NCBI GenBank assembly: GCA_965649825.1
Contig: OZ287722.1
Coordinates: 1-46,000, forward strand
Origin: Penicillus capitatus
Lineage: Eukaryota; Plantae; Chlorophyta
Length of the DNA stretch: 46,000 nucleotides
Direction: 5' to 3'
Part shown: positions 45,325 to 46,000 of the stretch, piece after piece
Position numbering within the stretch: the first letter of the stretch is position 1
How the letters are laid out: each line of letters opens with the position of its first letter
Made by a program: the position numbers and the translations under genes
The notes under the pieces: generated by a model
Databases searched by the model: none
Told to the model about the DNA's origin: nothing
The model's input: only the letters and a program-made list of their open reading frames with translations

Positions 45325-46000
45325 GGCGTCTGAACGTATCCGAGCGAATGGGTACTGTGGCAAACGAATGAGGCTTTTCGTAGCCTTTGAACGGCGGCCC
45401 TGAGGCAAGCCTGGCGAAATGAACCGTCAATTGGCCGGTCCAGTGCGCCGCCAAATTGAAAGGACGGCGTGACGTATCTATCGGTTGGAATCTCCCGCGG
45501 CTACCGAGGGAGAAGCCGTTCGGCGAGAAAGTGGTCGATGCGTTTGCCGTCTTCTCGCAAGAGGTAGAGATCAAGGGACGGACACGATGAGAGACTGCTC
45601 CATCGAGTGACTTTACAACGCTGAGTCATGCACAGCTCATTAAATAGCAGGCTGCATTGCGGAGCTATCTATCTGTCCATTCTGGACATCCGGTCGCTCC
45701 TTTTCTTCCTATTCTATATCTGCAGCTTCTTATGGGCTGAGTAAGATTCCTTTAGTTTCTCCCAGCGACAAAAATGCAGCTCCCAGTGATCTGGCAGCGC
45801 GGACGTAACAGAAGGGATTCTGGATTCTCTTCATGTAGAAAGGAAGGTAGGTCCACCAGCATGGTTCTGTCACACGAAAAGGAGTGCATCTGAAGATAGA
45901 TCAAATCATCGAAATGGGAATGTCCTTTGCTTGTGCTTAACAGACAGACAAGCCAAAAGGGGATAAGCGGTCGTTTACTCTTCTTTTACCTGACTCTGAT

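Noticed and set aside
1-46000. TAA/TAG-to-Gln genetic code found in some ulvophyte algae
   Set aside because: Conserved exons contain no in-frame TAA/TAG, and TAA/TAG end genes at expected positions (NDA-like TAA 40375, methyltransferase TAG 33962).
1-46000. Prokaryotic systems, CRISPR arrays, rRNA, tRNA, snRNA, intact transposases or Fanzor/TnpB
   Set aside because: No repeat-spacer array, cloverleaf, recognisable structural RNA or RuvC/RT/transposase ORF was seen by eye; the window is spliced eukaryotic genes. tRNAscan-SE and Infernal were not run.
45325-46000. ORF 45215-45574 and the terminal region
   Set aside because: No motifs or convincing exon chain; likely the GH17 5' UTR/promoter and intergenic DNA.

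Overview
Eukaryotic nuclear DNA from a very compact, intron-rich genome, most consistent with a chlorophyte green alga: plant-type MOR1, NDA, PEC/POLLUX-like and plastid-targeted genes occur alongside flagellum/centrosome genes. The standard genetic code is used. I reconstructed 24 protein-coding genes by manually splicing the ORF fragments; introns are mostly about 40-60 nt. Recognisable products: UDP-glucose 4-epimerase, cyclin H, phosphoserine phosphatase, TMEM62-like metallophosphoesterase, PEC/POLLUX-like channel, HAUS1, CCDC112-like, enkurin-domain protein, ferredoxin-TPR protein, MOR1/XMAP215, acetylornithine aminotransferase, METTL7-like methyltransferase, VPS29, NDA-type NADH dehydrogenase, a secreted beta-helix protein, a GH17 enzyme and three FASTK/RAP-like helical-repeat proteins. 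No rRNA, tRNA, CRISPR array or intact mobile element was seen. Main points of interest: (1) two same-strand gene pairs with only 25-26 nt between stop and start, each ending in a RAP-domain organellar RNA-binding gene, plus a third pair at 71 nt, all candidate polycistronic transcripts; (2) a small secreted peptide that becomes an exact six-cysteine knottin framework once a hidden in-frame 51-nt intron is removed; (3) a small SILK/RVxF-like protein with a CaaX tail; (4) at least five GC-AG introns; (5) convergent stop codons as little as 5 nt apart; (6) a roughly 2-kb AT-richer island carrying a TPR relic. All gene models are manual; no database search was run.
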